From Eledone cirrhosa (lineage: Eukaryota): DNA of 64,000 nt. A program made the position numbers and the translations under genes. Under the pieces are notes generated by a model, which was not told where the DNA came from, searched no databases, and saw only the letters and a program-made list of their open reading frames with translations. The stretch covers positions 397,916,001 to 397,980,000 of the forward strand of contig OZ024741.1 of the NCBI GenBank assembly GCA_964016885.1. The letters are read 5' to 3'. Shown piece by piece: positions 15,001 to 30,000 of this stretch. Numbering within the stretch: position 1 is the stretch's first letter; every line of letters starts with the position of its first letter.

Positions 15001-18000
15001 CACCTAGTATCTACTAAACTATATCTTAGTCTCTCTACTCCCTCAATAGTCACCTAGTATCTACTAAACTACATCTTAGTCTCTCTAGTCCCTCAATAGT
15101 CACCTAGTATCTAGTAAACTATATCTTACACTCTCTACTCCCTCAATAGTCACCTAGTATCTACTAAACTACATCTTAGTATCTCTAGTCCCTCAATTGT
15201 CACCTAGTACCTACTAAAATATATCATAGTCTCTCTACTCCCTCAATAGTCACCTAGAATCTACTAAACTATATCTTAGTCTCTCTAGTCCTTCAATAGT
15301 CACCTAGTATCTACTAAACTATATCTTAGTCTCTCTAGTCCCTCAATAGTCACCTAGTATCTACTAAACTATATCTTACATTCTCTACTCCCTCAATAGT
15401 CACCTAGTATCTACTAAACTACATCTTAGTATCTCTAGTCCCTCAATAGTCACCTAGTATCTACTAAACTACATCTTAGGCTCTCTAGTCCCTCAATAGT
15501 CACCTAGTATCTATTAAACTATATCTTAGTCTCTCTAGTCCCTCAATAGTCACCTAGTATCTACTAAACTATATCTTAGTCTCTCTAGTCCCTCAATAGT
15601 CACCTAGTATCTACTAAACTATATCTTACACTCTCTACTCCCTCAATAGTCACCTAGTATCTACTAAACTACATCTTAGTATCTCTAGTCCCTCAATAGT
15701 CACCTAGTATCTACTAAACTACATCTTAGGCTCTCTAGTCCCTCAATAGTCACCTAGTATCTATTAAACTATATCTTAGTCTCTCTAGTCCCTCAATAGT
15801 CACCTAGTATCTACTAAACTATATCTTACACTCTCTACTCCCTCAATAGTCACCTAGTATCTACTAAACTATATCTGACACTCTCTACTCCCTCAATAGT
15901 CACCTAGTGTCTATTAAACTATATCCTAGTCTCTCTGGTCCCTCAATAGTCACCTAGTATCTACTAAACGACATCTTAGTCTCTATACTCCCTCAATAGT
16001 CACCTAGTATCTACTAAACTATATTTAATCTCTCTACTCCCTCAATAGTCACCTAGTATCTACTAAACTATATCTTAGTCTCTCTAGTCCCTCAATAGTC
16101 ACCTAGTATCTACTAAACTACATCTTAATATATCTAGTCCCTCAATTGTCACCTAGTATCTACTAAACTATATCTTAGTCTCTCTACTCTCTCCATAGTC
16201 ACCTAGTATCTACTAAACTATATCTTAGTCTCTCTAGTCCCTCAATAGTCAACTAGTATCTACTAAACTATATTTTAGTCTCTCTAGTCCCTCAATAGTC
16301 ACCTAGTATCTACTAAACTATATTTAATCTCTCTACTCCCTCAATAGTCACCTAGTATCTACTAAACTATATCTTAGTCTCTCTACTCCCTCAATAGTCA
16401 TCTAGTATCTACTAAACTACATCTTAGACTCTCTATTCCCTCAATAGTCACTTTGTATCTACTAAACTATATCTTAGTCTCTCTAGTCCCTCAATAGTCA
16501 GCTAGTATCTACTAAACTATATCTTACACTCTCTACTCCCTCAATAGTCACCTAGTATCTACTAAACTATATCTTAGTCTCTCTAGACCCTCAATAGTCA
16601 CCTATTATCTACTAAACTATATCTTAGTCTCTCTTGTCCCTCAATAGTCACCTAGTATCTACTAAACTATATCTTAGTCTCTCTAGTCCCTCAATGGTCA
16701 CCTAGTATCTACTAAACTATATCTTAGTCACTTTACTCCCTCAATAGTCACCTAGTATCTACTAAACTATATCTTAGTCTCTCTACTCCCTCAATAGTCA
16801 CCTGGTATCTACTAAACTACATCTTACTCTCTCTAGTCCCTCAATAGTCACCTAGTATCTACTAAACTATATCTTAGTCTCTCTAGTCCCTCAATAGTCA
16901 CCTAGTATCTACTAAACTATATCTTATCTCTCTACTCCCTCAATAGTCATCTAGTATCTACTAAACTACATCTTAGACTCTCTACTCCCTCAATAGTCAC
17001 CTTGTATCTACTAAACTATATCTTAGTCTCTCTAGTCCCTCAATAGTCAGCTAGTATCTACTAAACTATATCTTACACTCTCTACTCCCTCAATAGTCAC
17101 CTAGTATCTACTAAACTATATCTTAGTCTCTCTAGACCCTCAATAGTCACCTATTATCTACTAAACTATATCTTAGTCTCTCTTGTCCCTCCATAGTCAC
17201 CTACTATCTACTAACCTATATCTTAGTCTCTCTAGTCCCTCAATGGTCAACTAGTATCTACTAAACTATATCTTAGTCTCTCTACTCCCTCAATAGTCAC
17301 CTAGTATCTACTAAACTATATCTTAGTCTCTCTACTCCCTCAATAGTCACCTAGTATCTACTAAACTACATCTTAGTCTCTCTAGTCCCTCAATAGTCAC
17401 CTAGTATCTACTAAACTATATCTTAGTCTCTCTAGTCCCTCAATAGTCACCTAGTATCTACTAAACTATATCTTATCTCTCTACTCCCTCAATAGTCACC
17501 TAGTATCTACTAAACAATATCTTAGTCTCTCTAGTCCCTCAATAGTCACCTAGTATCTACTAAACTACATCTTACTCTCTCTAGTCCCTCAATTGTCACC
17601 TAGTATCTACTAAACTATATCTTAGTCTCTCTAGTCCCTCAATAGTCACCTAGTATCTACTAAACTATATCTTAGTCTCTCTAGTCCCTCAATAGTCACC
17701 TAGTATCTACTAAACTACATCTTAGTCTCTCTAGTCCCTCAATTGTCACCTAGTATCTACTAAATTATATCTTAATCTCTCTACTCCCTCAATAGTCACC
17801 TAGTATCTACTAAACTACATCTTATTCTCTCTAGTCCCTCAATTGTCACCTAGTATCTACTAAACTATATCTTAGTCTCTCTACTCCCTCAATAGTCACC
17901 TAGTATCTACTAAACTACATCTTATACTCTCTACTCCCTCAATTGTCACCTAGTATCTACTAAACTACATCTTAGTCTCTCTAGTTCCTCAATAGTCACC

Positions 18001-21000
18001 TAGTATCTATTAACTACATCTTAGTCTCTCTACTCCCTCAATAGTCACCTGGTATCTACTAAACTATATCTTAGTCTCTCTAGTCCCTCAATAGTCACCT
18101 AGTATCTACTAAACTACATCTTAGTCTCTCTAGTCCCTCAATAGTCACCTAGTATCTACTAAACTACATCTTCGTCTCTCTAGTCCCTCAATAGTCACGT
18201 AGTATCTATTAAACTATATCTTAGTCTCTCTAGTCCCTCAATAGTCACCTAGTATCTAGTAAACTATATCTTACACTCTCTACTCCCTCAATAGTCACCT
18301 AGTATCTACTAAACTACATCTTAGTATCTCTAGTCCCTCAATTGTCACCTAGTACCTACTAAACTATATCTTAGTCTCTCTACTCCCTCAATAGTCACCT
18401 AGTATCTACTAAACTATATCTTAGTCTCTCTAGTCCCTCAATAGTCACCTAGTATCTACTAAACTATATCTTACACTCTCTACTCCCTCAATAGTCACCT
18501 AGTATCTACTAAACTACATCTTAGTATCTCTAGTCCCTCAATAGTCACCTAGTATCTACTAAACTACATCTTAGGCTCTCTAGTCCCTCAATAGTCACCT
18601 AGTATCTATTAAACTATATCTTAGTCTCTCTAGTCCCTCAATAGTCACCTAGTATCTACTAAACTATATCTTACACTCTCTACTCCCTCAATAGTCACCT
18701 AGTATCTACTAAACTATATCTGACACTCTCTACTCCCTCAATAGTCACCTAGTGTCTATTAAACTATATCCTAGTCGCTCTAGTCCCTCAATAGTCACCT
18801 AGTATCTACTAAACTACATCTTAATATATCTAGTCCCTCAATTGTCACCTAGTATCTACTAAACTATATCTTAGTCTCTCTACTCCCTCCATAGTCACCT
18901 AGTATCTACTAAACTATATCTTAGTCTCTCTAGTCCCTCAATAGTCAACTAGTATCTACTAAACTATATTTAATCTCTCTACTCCCTCAATAGTCACCTA
19001 GTATCTACTAAACTATATCTTAGTCTCTATACTCCCTCAATAGTCATCTAGTATCTACTAAACTACATCTTAGACTCTCTACTCCCTCAATAGTCACCTT
19101 GTATCTACTAAACTATATCTTAGTCTCTCTAGTCCCTCAATAGTCACCTAGTATCTACTAAACTATATGTTAGTCTCTCTACTCCCTCAATAGTCACCTA
19201 GTATCTACTAAACTACATCTTAGTATCTCTAGTCCCTCAATTGTCACCTCGTATCTACTAAACTATATCTTAGTCTCTCTAGTCCCTCAATTGTCACCTA
19301 GTATCTATTAACTATATCTTAATCTCTCTACTCCCTCAATAGTCACCTAGTATCTACTAAACTATATCTTAGTCTCTCTAGTCCCTCAATAGTCACCTAG
19401 TATCTACTAAACTACATCTTAATATATCTAGTCCCTCAATTGTCACCTAGTATCTACTAAACTATATCTTAGTCTCTCTACTCTCTCCATAGTCACCTAG
19501 TATCTACTAAACTATATCTTAGTCTCTCTAGTCCCTCAATAGTCAACTAGTATCTACTAAACTATATTTTAGTCTCTCTAGTCCCTCAATAGTCACCTAG
19601 TATCTACTAAACTATATTTAATCTCTCTACTCCCTCAATAGTCACCTAGTATCTACTAAACTATATCTTGGTCTCTCTACTCCCTCAATAGTAATCTAGT
19701 ATCTACTAAACTACATCTTAGACTCTCTATTCCCTCAATAGTCACTTTGTATCTACTAAACTATATCTTAGTCTCTCTAGTCCCTCAATAGTCAGCTAGT
19801 ATCTACTAAACTATATCTTACACTCTCTACTCCCTCAATAGTCACCTAGTATCTACTAAACTATATCTTAGTCTCTCTAGACCCTCAATAGTCACCTATT
19901 ATCTACTAAACTATATCTTAGTCTCTCTTGTCCCTCAATAGTCACCTAGTATCTACTAAACTATATCTTAGTCACTTTACTCCCTCAATAGTCACCTAGT
20001 ATCTACTAAACTATATCTTAGTCTCTCTAGTCCCTCAATGGTCAACTAGTATCTACTAAACTATATCTTAGTCTCTCTACTCCCTCAACAGTCACCTAGT
20101 ATCTACTAAACTATATCTTAGTCTCTCTACTCCCTCAATAGTCACCTAGTATCTACTAAACTACATCTTAGTCTCTCTAGTCCCTCAATAGTCACCTAGT
20201 ATCTACTAAACTATATCTTAGTCTCTGTAGTCCCTCAATAGTCACCTAGTATCTACTAAACTATATCTTATCTCTCTACTCCCTCAATAGTCACCTAGTA
20301 TCTACTAAACTATATCTTAGACTCTCTAGTCCCTCAATAGTCACCTAGTATCTACTAAACTACATCTTACTCTCTCTAGTCCCTCAATTGTCACCTAGTA
20401 TCTACTAAACTATATCTTAGTCTCTCTAGTCCCTCAATAGTCACCTAGTATCTACTAAACTATATCTTAGTCTCTCTAGTCCCTCAATAGTCACCTAGTA
20501 TCTACTAAACTACATCTTAGTCTCTCTAGTCCCTCAATTGTCACCTAGTATCTACTAAATTATATCTTAATCTCTCTACTCCCTCAATAGTCACCTAGTA
20601 TCTACTAAACTACATCTTATTCTCTCTAGTCCCTCAATTGTCACCTAGTATCTACTAAACTATATCTTAGTCTCTCTACTCCCTCAATAGTCACCTAGTA
20701 TCTACTAAACTACATCTTATACTCTCTACTCCCTCAATTGTCACCTAGTATCTACTAAACTACATCTTAGTCTCTCTAGTCCCTCAATAGTCACCTATTA
20801 TCTATTAACTACATCTTAGTCTCTCTACTCCCTCAATAGTCACCTGGTATCTACTAAACTATATCTTAGTCTCTCTAGTCCCTCAATAGTCACCTAGTAT
20901 CTACTAAACTACATCTTAGTCTCTCTAGTCCCTCAATAGTCACCTAGTATCTACTAAACTACATCTTCGTCTCTCTAGTCCCTCAATAGTCACGTAGTAT

Positions 21001-24000
21001 CTATTAAACTATATCTTAGTCTCTCTAGTCCCTCAATAGTCACCTAGTATCTAGTAAACTATATCTTACACTCTCTACTCCCTCAATAGTCACCTAGTAT
21101 CTACTAAACTACATCTTAGTATCTCTAGTCCCTCAATTGTCACCTAGTACCTACTAAACTATATCTTAGTCTCTCTACTCCCTCAATAGTCACCTAGAAT
21201 CTACTAAACTATACCTTAGTCTCTCTAGTCCTTCAATAGTCACCTAGTATCTACTAAACTATATCTTAGTCTCTCTAGTCCCTCAATAGTCACCTAGTAT
21301 CTACTAAACTATATCTTACATGCTCTACTCCCTCAATAGTCACCTAGTATCTACTAAACTACATCTTAGTATCTCTAGTCCCTCAATTGTCACGTAGTAT
21401 CTACTAAACTATATCTTAATATATCTAGTCCCTCAATTGTCACTTAGTATCTACTAAACTATATCTTACACTCTCTACTCCCTCAATAGTCACCTAGTAT
21501 CTACTAAACTATATCTGACACTCTCTACTCCCTCAATAGTCACCTAGTGTCTATTAAACTATATCCTAGTCTCTCTAGTCCCTCAATAGTCACCTAGTAT
21601 CTACTAAACTACATCTTAATATATCTAGTCCCTCAATTGTCACTTAGTATCTACTAAACTATATCTTACACTCTCTACTCCCTCAATAGTCACCAAGTAT
21701 CTACTAAACTATATCTTACACTCTCTACTCCCTCAATAGTCACCTAGTATAAACTAAACTATACCTTACACTCTCTACTCCCTCAATAGTCACCTAGTAT
21801 CTACTAAACTATATCTTAGTCTCTCTAGTCCCTCAATCGTCACCTAGTATCTACTAAACTATATCTTAGTCTCTCTAGTCCCTTAATAGTCACCTAGTAT
21901 CTACTAAACTATATCTTAATCTCTCTACTCCCTCAATAGTCACCTAGTATCTACTAAACTATATCTTAGTCTCTCTAGTCCCTCAATAGTCAACTAGTAT
22001 CTACTAAACTATATCTTAGTCTCTCTAGTCCCTCAATAGTGAACCTAGTATCTACTAAACTATATCTTACACTCTCTACTCCCTCTATAGTCACCTAGTC
22101 TAAACTAAACTATATCTTACACTCTCTACTCCCTCAATAGTCACCTAGTAGCTACTAAACTATATCTTAGTCTCTCTTGTCCCTCAATTGTCACCTAGTA
22201 TCTACTAAACTATATCTTAGTCTCTCTACTCCCTCAATAGTCACCTAGTATCTACTAAACTACATCTTAGTCTCACTTGTCCCTCAATAGTCACCTAGTA
22301 TCTACTAAACTATATCTTTGTCTCTCTACTCCCTAAATAGTCACCTAGTATCTACTAAACTATATCTTAGTCTCTCTACTCCCTCAATAGTCACCTAGTA
22401 TCTACTAAACTACATCTTAGTCTCTCTACTCCCTCAATAGTCACCTAGTATCTACTAAACTATATCTTAGTCTCTCTAGTCCCTCAATAGTCACCTTGTA
22501 TCTACTAAACTATATCTTAGTCTCTCTACTCCCTCAATAGTCACCTAGTATCTACTAAACTATATCTTAGTCTCTCTAGTCCCTCAATAGTCACCTAGTA
22601 TCTACTAAACTATATCTTCGTCTCTCTACTCCTTCAATAGTCACCTAGTATCTACTAAACTATATCTTTGTCTCTCTACTCCCTCAATAGTCACCTAGTA
22701 TCTACTAAACTATATCTTCGTCTCTCTACTCCTTCAATAGTCACCTAGTACCTACTAAACTATATCTTTGTCTCTCTACTCCCTCAATAGTCACCTAGTA
22801 TCTACTGAACTATATCTTAGTCTCTCTAGTCCCTCAATAGTCACCTAGTATCTACTAAACTATATCTTAGTCTCTCTACTCCCTCAATAGTCACATAGTA
22901 TCTACTAAACTACATCTTAGACTCTCTAGTCCCTCAATAGTCACCTAGTATGTACTAAACTATATCTTACACTCTCTATTCCCTCAATAGTCACCTAGTA
23001 TCTACTAAACTATATCTTACACTCTCTATTCCCTCAATAGTCACCTAGTATCTACTAAACTATATCTTAGTCTCTCTAGTCCCTCAATAGTCACCTCATA
23101 TCTACTAAACTATATCTTACACTCTCTACTCCCTCAATAGGCACCTAGTATCTACTAAACTACATCTTAGTCTCTCTAGTCCCTCAATAGTCACCTAGTA
23201 TCTACTAAACTATATCTTAGTCTCTCTAGTCCCTCAATAGTGAACCTAGTATCTACTAAACTATATCTTACACTCTCTACTCCCTCAATAGTCACCTAGT
23301 ATAAACAAAACTATACCTTACACTCTCTACTCCCTCAATAGTCACCTAGTATCTACTAAACTATATCTTAGTCTCTCTAGTCCCTCAATCGTCACCTAGT
23401 ATCTACTAAACTATATCTTAGTCTCTCTAGTCCCTTAATAGTCACCTAGTATCTACTAAATTATATCTTAATCTCTCTACTCCCTCAATAGTCACCTAGT
23501 ATCTACTAAACTATATCTTACACTCTCTACTCCCTCAATAGTCAACTAGTATCTACTAAACTATATCTTAGTCTCTCTAGTCCCTCAATAGTCACCTACT
23601 ATCAACTAAACTATATTTTAGTCTCTCTACTCCCTAAATAGTCACCTAGTATCTACTAAACTATATCTTAGTCTCTCTACTCCCTCAATAGTCACCTAGT
23701 ATCTACTAAACTACATCTTAGTCTCTCTACTCCCTCAATAATCACCTAGTATCTACTAAACTATATCTTAGTCTCTCTTCTCCCTTAATAGTCACCTAGT
23801 ATATACTAAACGACATCTTAGTCTCTATACTCCCTCAATAGGCACCTATTAGCTACTAAACTATATCTTAGTCTCTCTAGTCGCTCAATAATCACCTGGT
23901 ATCTACTAAACTATATCTTAGTCTCTCTAGTCCCTCAATAGTCACTTAGTATCTACTAAACTACATCTTAGTCTCTCTAGTCCCTCAATAGTCACCTAGT

Positions 24001-27000
24001 ATCTACTAAACTATATCTTAGTCTCTCTACTCCCTCAATAGTCACCTAGTATCTACTAGACTACATCTTAGTCTCTTTAGTCCCTCAATAGTCACCTAGT
24101 ATCTACTAAACTACATCTTAGTCTCTCTAGTCCCACAATAGTCACCTATTATCTACTAAACTATATCTTAGTCTCTCTAGTCCCTCAATAGTCACCTTGT
24201 ATCTACTAAACTACATCTTAGTCTCTCTAGTCCCTCAATAGTCACCTAGTATCTACTAAACTACATCTTAGTCTCTCTAGTCCCTCAATAGTCACCTAGT
24301 AGCCACTAAACTATATCTTAGTCTCTCTACTCCCTCAATAGTCACATAGTCTCTACTAAACTACATCTTAGTCTCTCTAGTCCCTCAATAGTCACCTAGT
24401 ATCTACTAAACTATATCTTACTCTCTCTAGTCCCTCAATAGTCACCTAGTATCTACTAAACTATATCTTAGTCTCTCTAGTCCCTCAATAGTCACCTAGT
24501 ATCTACTAAACTATATCTTAGTCTCTCTACTCCCTCAATAGTCACCTAGTATCTACTAAACTACATCTTAGTCTCTCTACTCCCTCAATAATCACCTAGT
24601 ATCTACTAAACTATATCTTAGTCTCTCTAGTCCCTTAATAGTCACCTAGTATCTACTAAACGACATCTTAGTCTCTCTACTCCCTCAATAGTCACCTATT
24701 AGCTACTAAACTATATCTTAGTCTCTCTACTCCCTCAATAGTCACCTAGTATCTACTAAACTATATCTTAGTCTCTCTCTAGTCCCTCAATAGTCACCTA
24801 GTATCTACTAAACTATATCTTTGTCTCTCTACTCCTTCAATAGTCACCTAGTACCTACTAAACTATATCTTTGTCTCTCTACTCCCTCAATAGTTATCTA
24901 GTAGCTACTAAACTATATCTTAGTCTCTCTACTCCCTCAATAGTCACATAGTATCTACTAAACTACATCTTAGACTCTCTAGTCCCTCAATAGTCCCCTA
25001 GTATGTACTAAACTATATCTTACTCTCTCTAGTCCCTCAATAGTCACCTAGTATCTACTAAACTATATCTTGGTCTCTCTAGTCCCTTAATAGTCACCTA
25101 GTATCTACTAAACTATATCTTAGTCTTTCTAGTCCCTCAATAGTCATCTAGTATCTACTAAACTACATCTTAGTCTCTCTAGTCTCTCAATTGTCAACTA
25201 GTATCTACTAAACTACATCTTAGTCACTCTAGTCTCTCAATTGTCACCTAGTATCTACTAAACTACATCTTAGTCTCTCTACTCCCTCAATAGTCACCTA
25301 GTATCTACTAAACTATATCTTAGTCTCTCTAGTCCCTCAATAGTCACCTAGTATCTACTAAACTATATCTTAGTCTCTCTACTCCCTCAATAGTCACCTA
25401 GTATCTACTAAACTATATCTTAGTCTCTCTAGTCCCTCAATAGTCACCTAGTATCTACTAAACTATATCTTCGTCTCTCTACTCCTTCAATAGTCACCTA
25501 GTATCTACTAAACTATATCTTTGTCTCTCTACTCCCTCAATAGTCACCTAGTATCTACAAAACTATATCTTCGTCTCTCTACTCCTTCAATAGTCACCTA
25601 GTACCTACTAAACTATATCTTTGTCTCTCTACTCCCTCAATAGTCACCTAGTATCTACTGAACTATATCTTAGTCTCTCTAGTCCCTCAATAGTCACCTA
25701 GTATCTACTAAACTATATCTTAGTCTCTCTACTCCCTCAATAGTCACATAGTATCTACTAAACTACATCTTAGACTCTCTAGTCCCTCAATAGTCACCTA
25801 GTATGTACTAAACTATATCTTACACTCTCTATTCCCTCAATAGTCACCTAGTATCTACTAAACTATATCTTACACTCTCTATTCCCTCAATAGTCACCTA
25901 GTATCTACTAAACTATATCTTAGTCTCTCTAGTCCCTCAATAGTCACCTCATATCTACTAAACTATATCTTACACTCTCTACTCCCTCAATAGGCACCTA
26001 GTATCTACTAAACTACATCTTAGTCTCTCTAGTCCCTCAATAGTCACCTAGTATCTACTAAACTATATCTTAGTCTCTCTAGTCCCTCAATAGTGAACCT
26101 AGTATCTACTAAACTATATCTTACACTCTCTACTCCCTCAATAGTCACCTAGTATAAACTAAACTATACCTTACACTCTCTACTCCCTCAATAGTCACCT
26201 AGTATCTACTAAACTATATCTTAGTCTCTCTAGTCCCTCAATCGTCACCTAGTATCTACTAAACTATATCTTAGTCTCTCTAGTCCCTTAATAGTCACCT
26301 AGTATCTACTAAATTATATCTTAATCTCTCTACTCCCTCAATAGTCACCTAGTATCTACTAAACTATATCTTACACTCTCTACTCCCTCAATAGTCACCT
26401 AGTATCTACTAAACTATATCTTAGTCTCTCTAGTCCCTCAATAGTCACCTACTATCAACTAAACTATATCTTAGTCTCTCTACTCCCTAAATAGTCACCT
26501 AGTATCTACTAAACTATATCTTAGTCTCTCTACTCCCTCAATAGTCACCTAGTATCTACTAAACTACATCTTAGTCTCTCTACTCCCTCAATAATCACCT
26601 AGTATCTACTAAACTATATCTTAGTCTCTCTTCTCCCTTAATAGTCACCTAGTATATACTAAACGACATCTTAGTCTCTATACTCCCTCAATAGGCACCT
26701 ATTAGCTACTAAACTATATCTTAGTCTCTCTAGTCGCTCAATAATCACCTGGTATCTACTAAACTATATCTTAGTCTCTCTAGTCCCTCAATAGTCACTT
26801 AGTATCTACTAAACTACATCTTAGTCTCTCTAGTCCCTCAATAGTCACCTAGTATCTACTAAACTATATCTTAGTCTCTCTACTCCCTCAATAGTCACCT
26901 AGTATCTACTAGACTACATCTTAGTCTCTTTAGTCCCTCAATAGTCACCTAGTATCTACTAAACTACATCTTAGTCTCTCTAGTCCCACAATAGTCACCT

Positions 27001-30000
27001 ATTATCTACTAAACTATATCTTAGTCTCTCTAGTCCCTCAATAGTCACCTTGTATCTACTAAACTACATCTTAGTCTCTCTAGTCCCTCAATAGTCACCT
27101 AGTATCTACTAAACTACATCTTAGTCTCTCTAGTCCCTCAATAGTCACCTAGTAGCCACTAAACTATATCTTAGTCTCTCTACTCCCTCAATAGTCACAT
27201 AGTCTCTACTAAACTACATCTTAGTCTCTCTAGTCCCTCAATAGTCACCTAGTATCTACTAAACTATATCTTACTCTCTCTAGTCCCTCAATAGTCACCT
27301 AGTATCTACTAAACTATATCTTAGTCTCTCTAGTCCCTCAATAGTCACCTAGTATCTACTAAACTATATCTTAGTCTCTCTACTCCCTCAATAGTCACCT
27401 AGTATCTACTAAACTACATCTTAGTGTCTCTACTCCCTCAATAATCACCTAGTATCTACTAAACTATATCTTAGTCTCTCTTCTCCCTTAATAGTCACCT
27501 AGTATCTACTAAACGACATCTTAGTCTCTCTACTCCCTCAATAGTCACCTATTAGCTACTAAACTATATCTTAGTCTCTCTACTCCCTCAATAGTCACCT
27601 AGTATCTACTAAACTATATCTTAGTCTCTCTAGTCCCTCAATAGTCACCTAGTATCTACTAAACTATATCTTTGTCTCTCTACTCCCTCAATAGTTATCT
27701 AGTAGCTACTAAACTATATCTTAGTCTCTCTACTCCCTCAATAGTCACATAGTATCTACTAAACTACATCTTAGACTCTCTAGTCCCTCAATAGTCCCCT
27801 AGTATGTACTAAACTATATCTTACTCTCTCTAGTCCCTCAATAGTCACCTAGTATCTACTAAACTATATCTTGGTCTCTCTAGTCCCTTAATAGTCACCT
27901 AGTATCTACTAAACTATATCTTAGTCTTTCTAGTCCCTCAATAGTCATCTAGTATCTACTAAACTACATCTTAGTCTCTCTAGTCTCTCAATTGTCAACT
28001 AGTATCTACTAAACTACATCTTAGTCACTCTAGTCTCTCAATTGTCACCTAGTATCTACTAAACTATAAACTTAATCTTTCTACTCCCTCAATAGTCACC
28101 TAGTATGTACTAAACTATATCTTACTCTCTCTAGTCCCTCAATAGTCACCTAGTATCTACTAAACTATATCTTGGTCTCTCTAGTCCCTCAATAGTCACT
28201 TAGTATCTACTAAACTACATCTTAGTCTCTCTAGTCCCTCAATAGTCACCTAGTATCTACTAACCTATATCTTAGTCTCTCTACTCCCTCAATAGTCACC
28301 TAGTATCTACTAAACTATATCTTAGACTCTCTAGTCCTTCAATAGTCACCTAGAATCTACTAAACTATATCTAACACTCTCTACTCCCTCAATAGTCACC
28401 TAATATCTACTAAATTATATCTTACACTCTCTACTCCCTCAATAGGCACCTAGTATCTACAAAACTACATCTTAGTCTCTCTACTCCCTCAATAGTCAAT
28501 TAGTATCTACTAAACTATATTTTAGTCTCTCTACTCCCTCAATAGTCACCTAGTATCTACTAAACTATATCTTAGTCTCTCTACTCCCTCAATAGTCACC
28601 TAGTATCTACTAAACTACATCGTAGTCTCTCTACTCCCTTAATAGTCACCTAGTATCTACTACACTATATCTTAGTCTCTCTACTCCCTCAATAGTCACC
28701 TAGTATCTACTAAACTATATCTTAGTCTCTCTAGTCCCTCAATAGTCACCTAGTATCTACTAAACTATATCTTAGTCTTTCTAGTCCCTCAATAGTCACC
28801 TAGTATCTACTAAACTACATCTTAGTCTCTCTCGTCCCTCAATTGTCAACTAGTATCTACTAAACTACATCTTAGTCTCTCTAGTCCCTCAATTGTCACC
28901 TAGTATCTACTAAACTATAATCTTAATCTCTCTACTCCCTCAATAGTCACCTAGTATCTACTAAACTATATCTTAGTCTCTCTAGTCCCTCAATAGTCAC
29001 CTAGTATCTACTAAACTATATGTTAGTCTTTCTAGTCCCTCAATAGTCACCTAGTATCTACTAAACTACATCTTAGTATCTCTAGTCCCTCAATTGTCAC
29101 GTAGTATCTACTAAACTATATCTTAGTCTCTCTAGTCCCTCAATAGTCACCTAGTATCTACTAAACTATATCTTAGTCTCTCTAGTCCCTCAATAGTCAC
29201 CTAGTATCTACTAAACTATATCTTACACTCTCTACTCCCTCAATAGTCACCTAGTATCTACTAAACTACATCTTAGTATCTCTAGTCCCTCAATAGTCAC
29301 CTAGTATCTACTAAACTACATCTTAGGCTCTCTAGTCCCTCAATAGTCACCTAGTATCTATTAAACTATATCTTAGTCTCTCTAGTCCCTCAATAGTCAC
29401 CTAGTATCTACTAAACTATATCTTACACTCTCTACTCCCTCAATAGTCACCTAGTATCTACTAAACTATATCTGACACTCTCTACTCCCTCAATAGTCAC
29501 CTAGTGTCTATTAAACTATATCCTAGTCTCTCTAGTCCCTCAATAGTCACCTAGTATCTACTAAACTACATCTTAATATATCTAGTCCCTCAATTGTCAC
29601 CTAGTATCTACTAAACTATATCTTACACTCTCTACTCCCTCAATAGTCACCAAGTATCTACTAAACTATATCTTACACTCTCTACTCCCTCAATAGTCAC
29701 CTAGTATAAACTAAACTATACCTTACACTCTCTACTCCCTCAATAGTCACCTAGTATCTACTAAACTATATCTTAGTCTCTCTAGTCCCTCAATCGTCAC
29801 CTAGTATCTACTAAACTATATCTTAGTCTCTCTAGTCCCTTAATAGTCACCTAGTATCTACTAAACTATATCTTAATCTCTCTACTCCCTCAATAGTCAC
29901 CTAGTATCTACTAAACTATATCTTAGTCTCTCTAGTCCCTCAATAGTCACCTAGTATCTACTAAACTATATCTTAGTCTCTCTAGTCCCTCAATAGTGAA

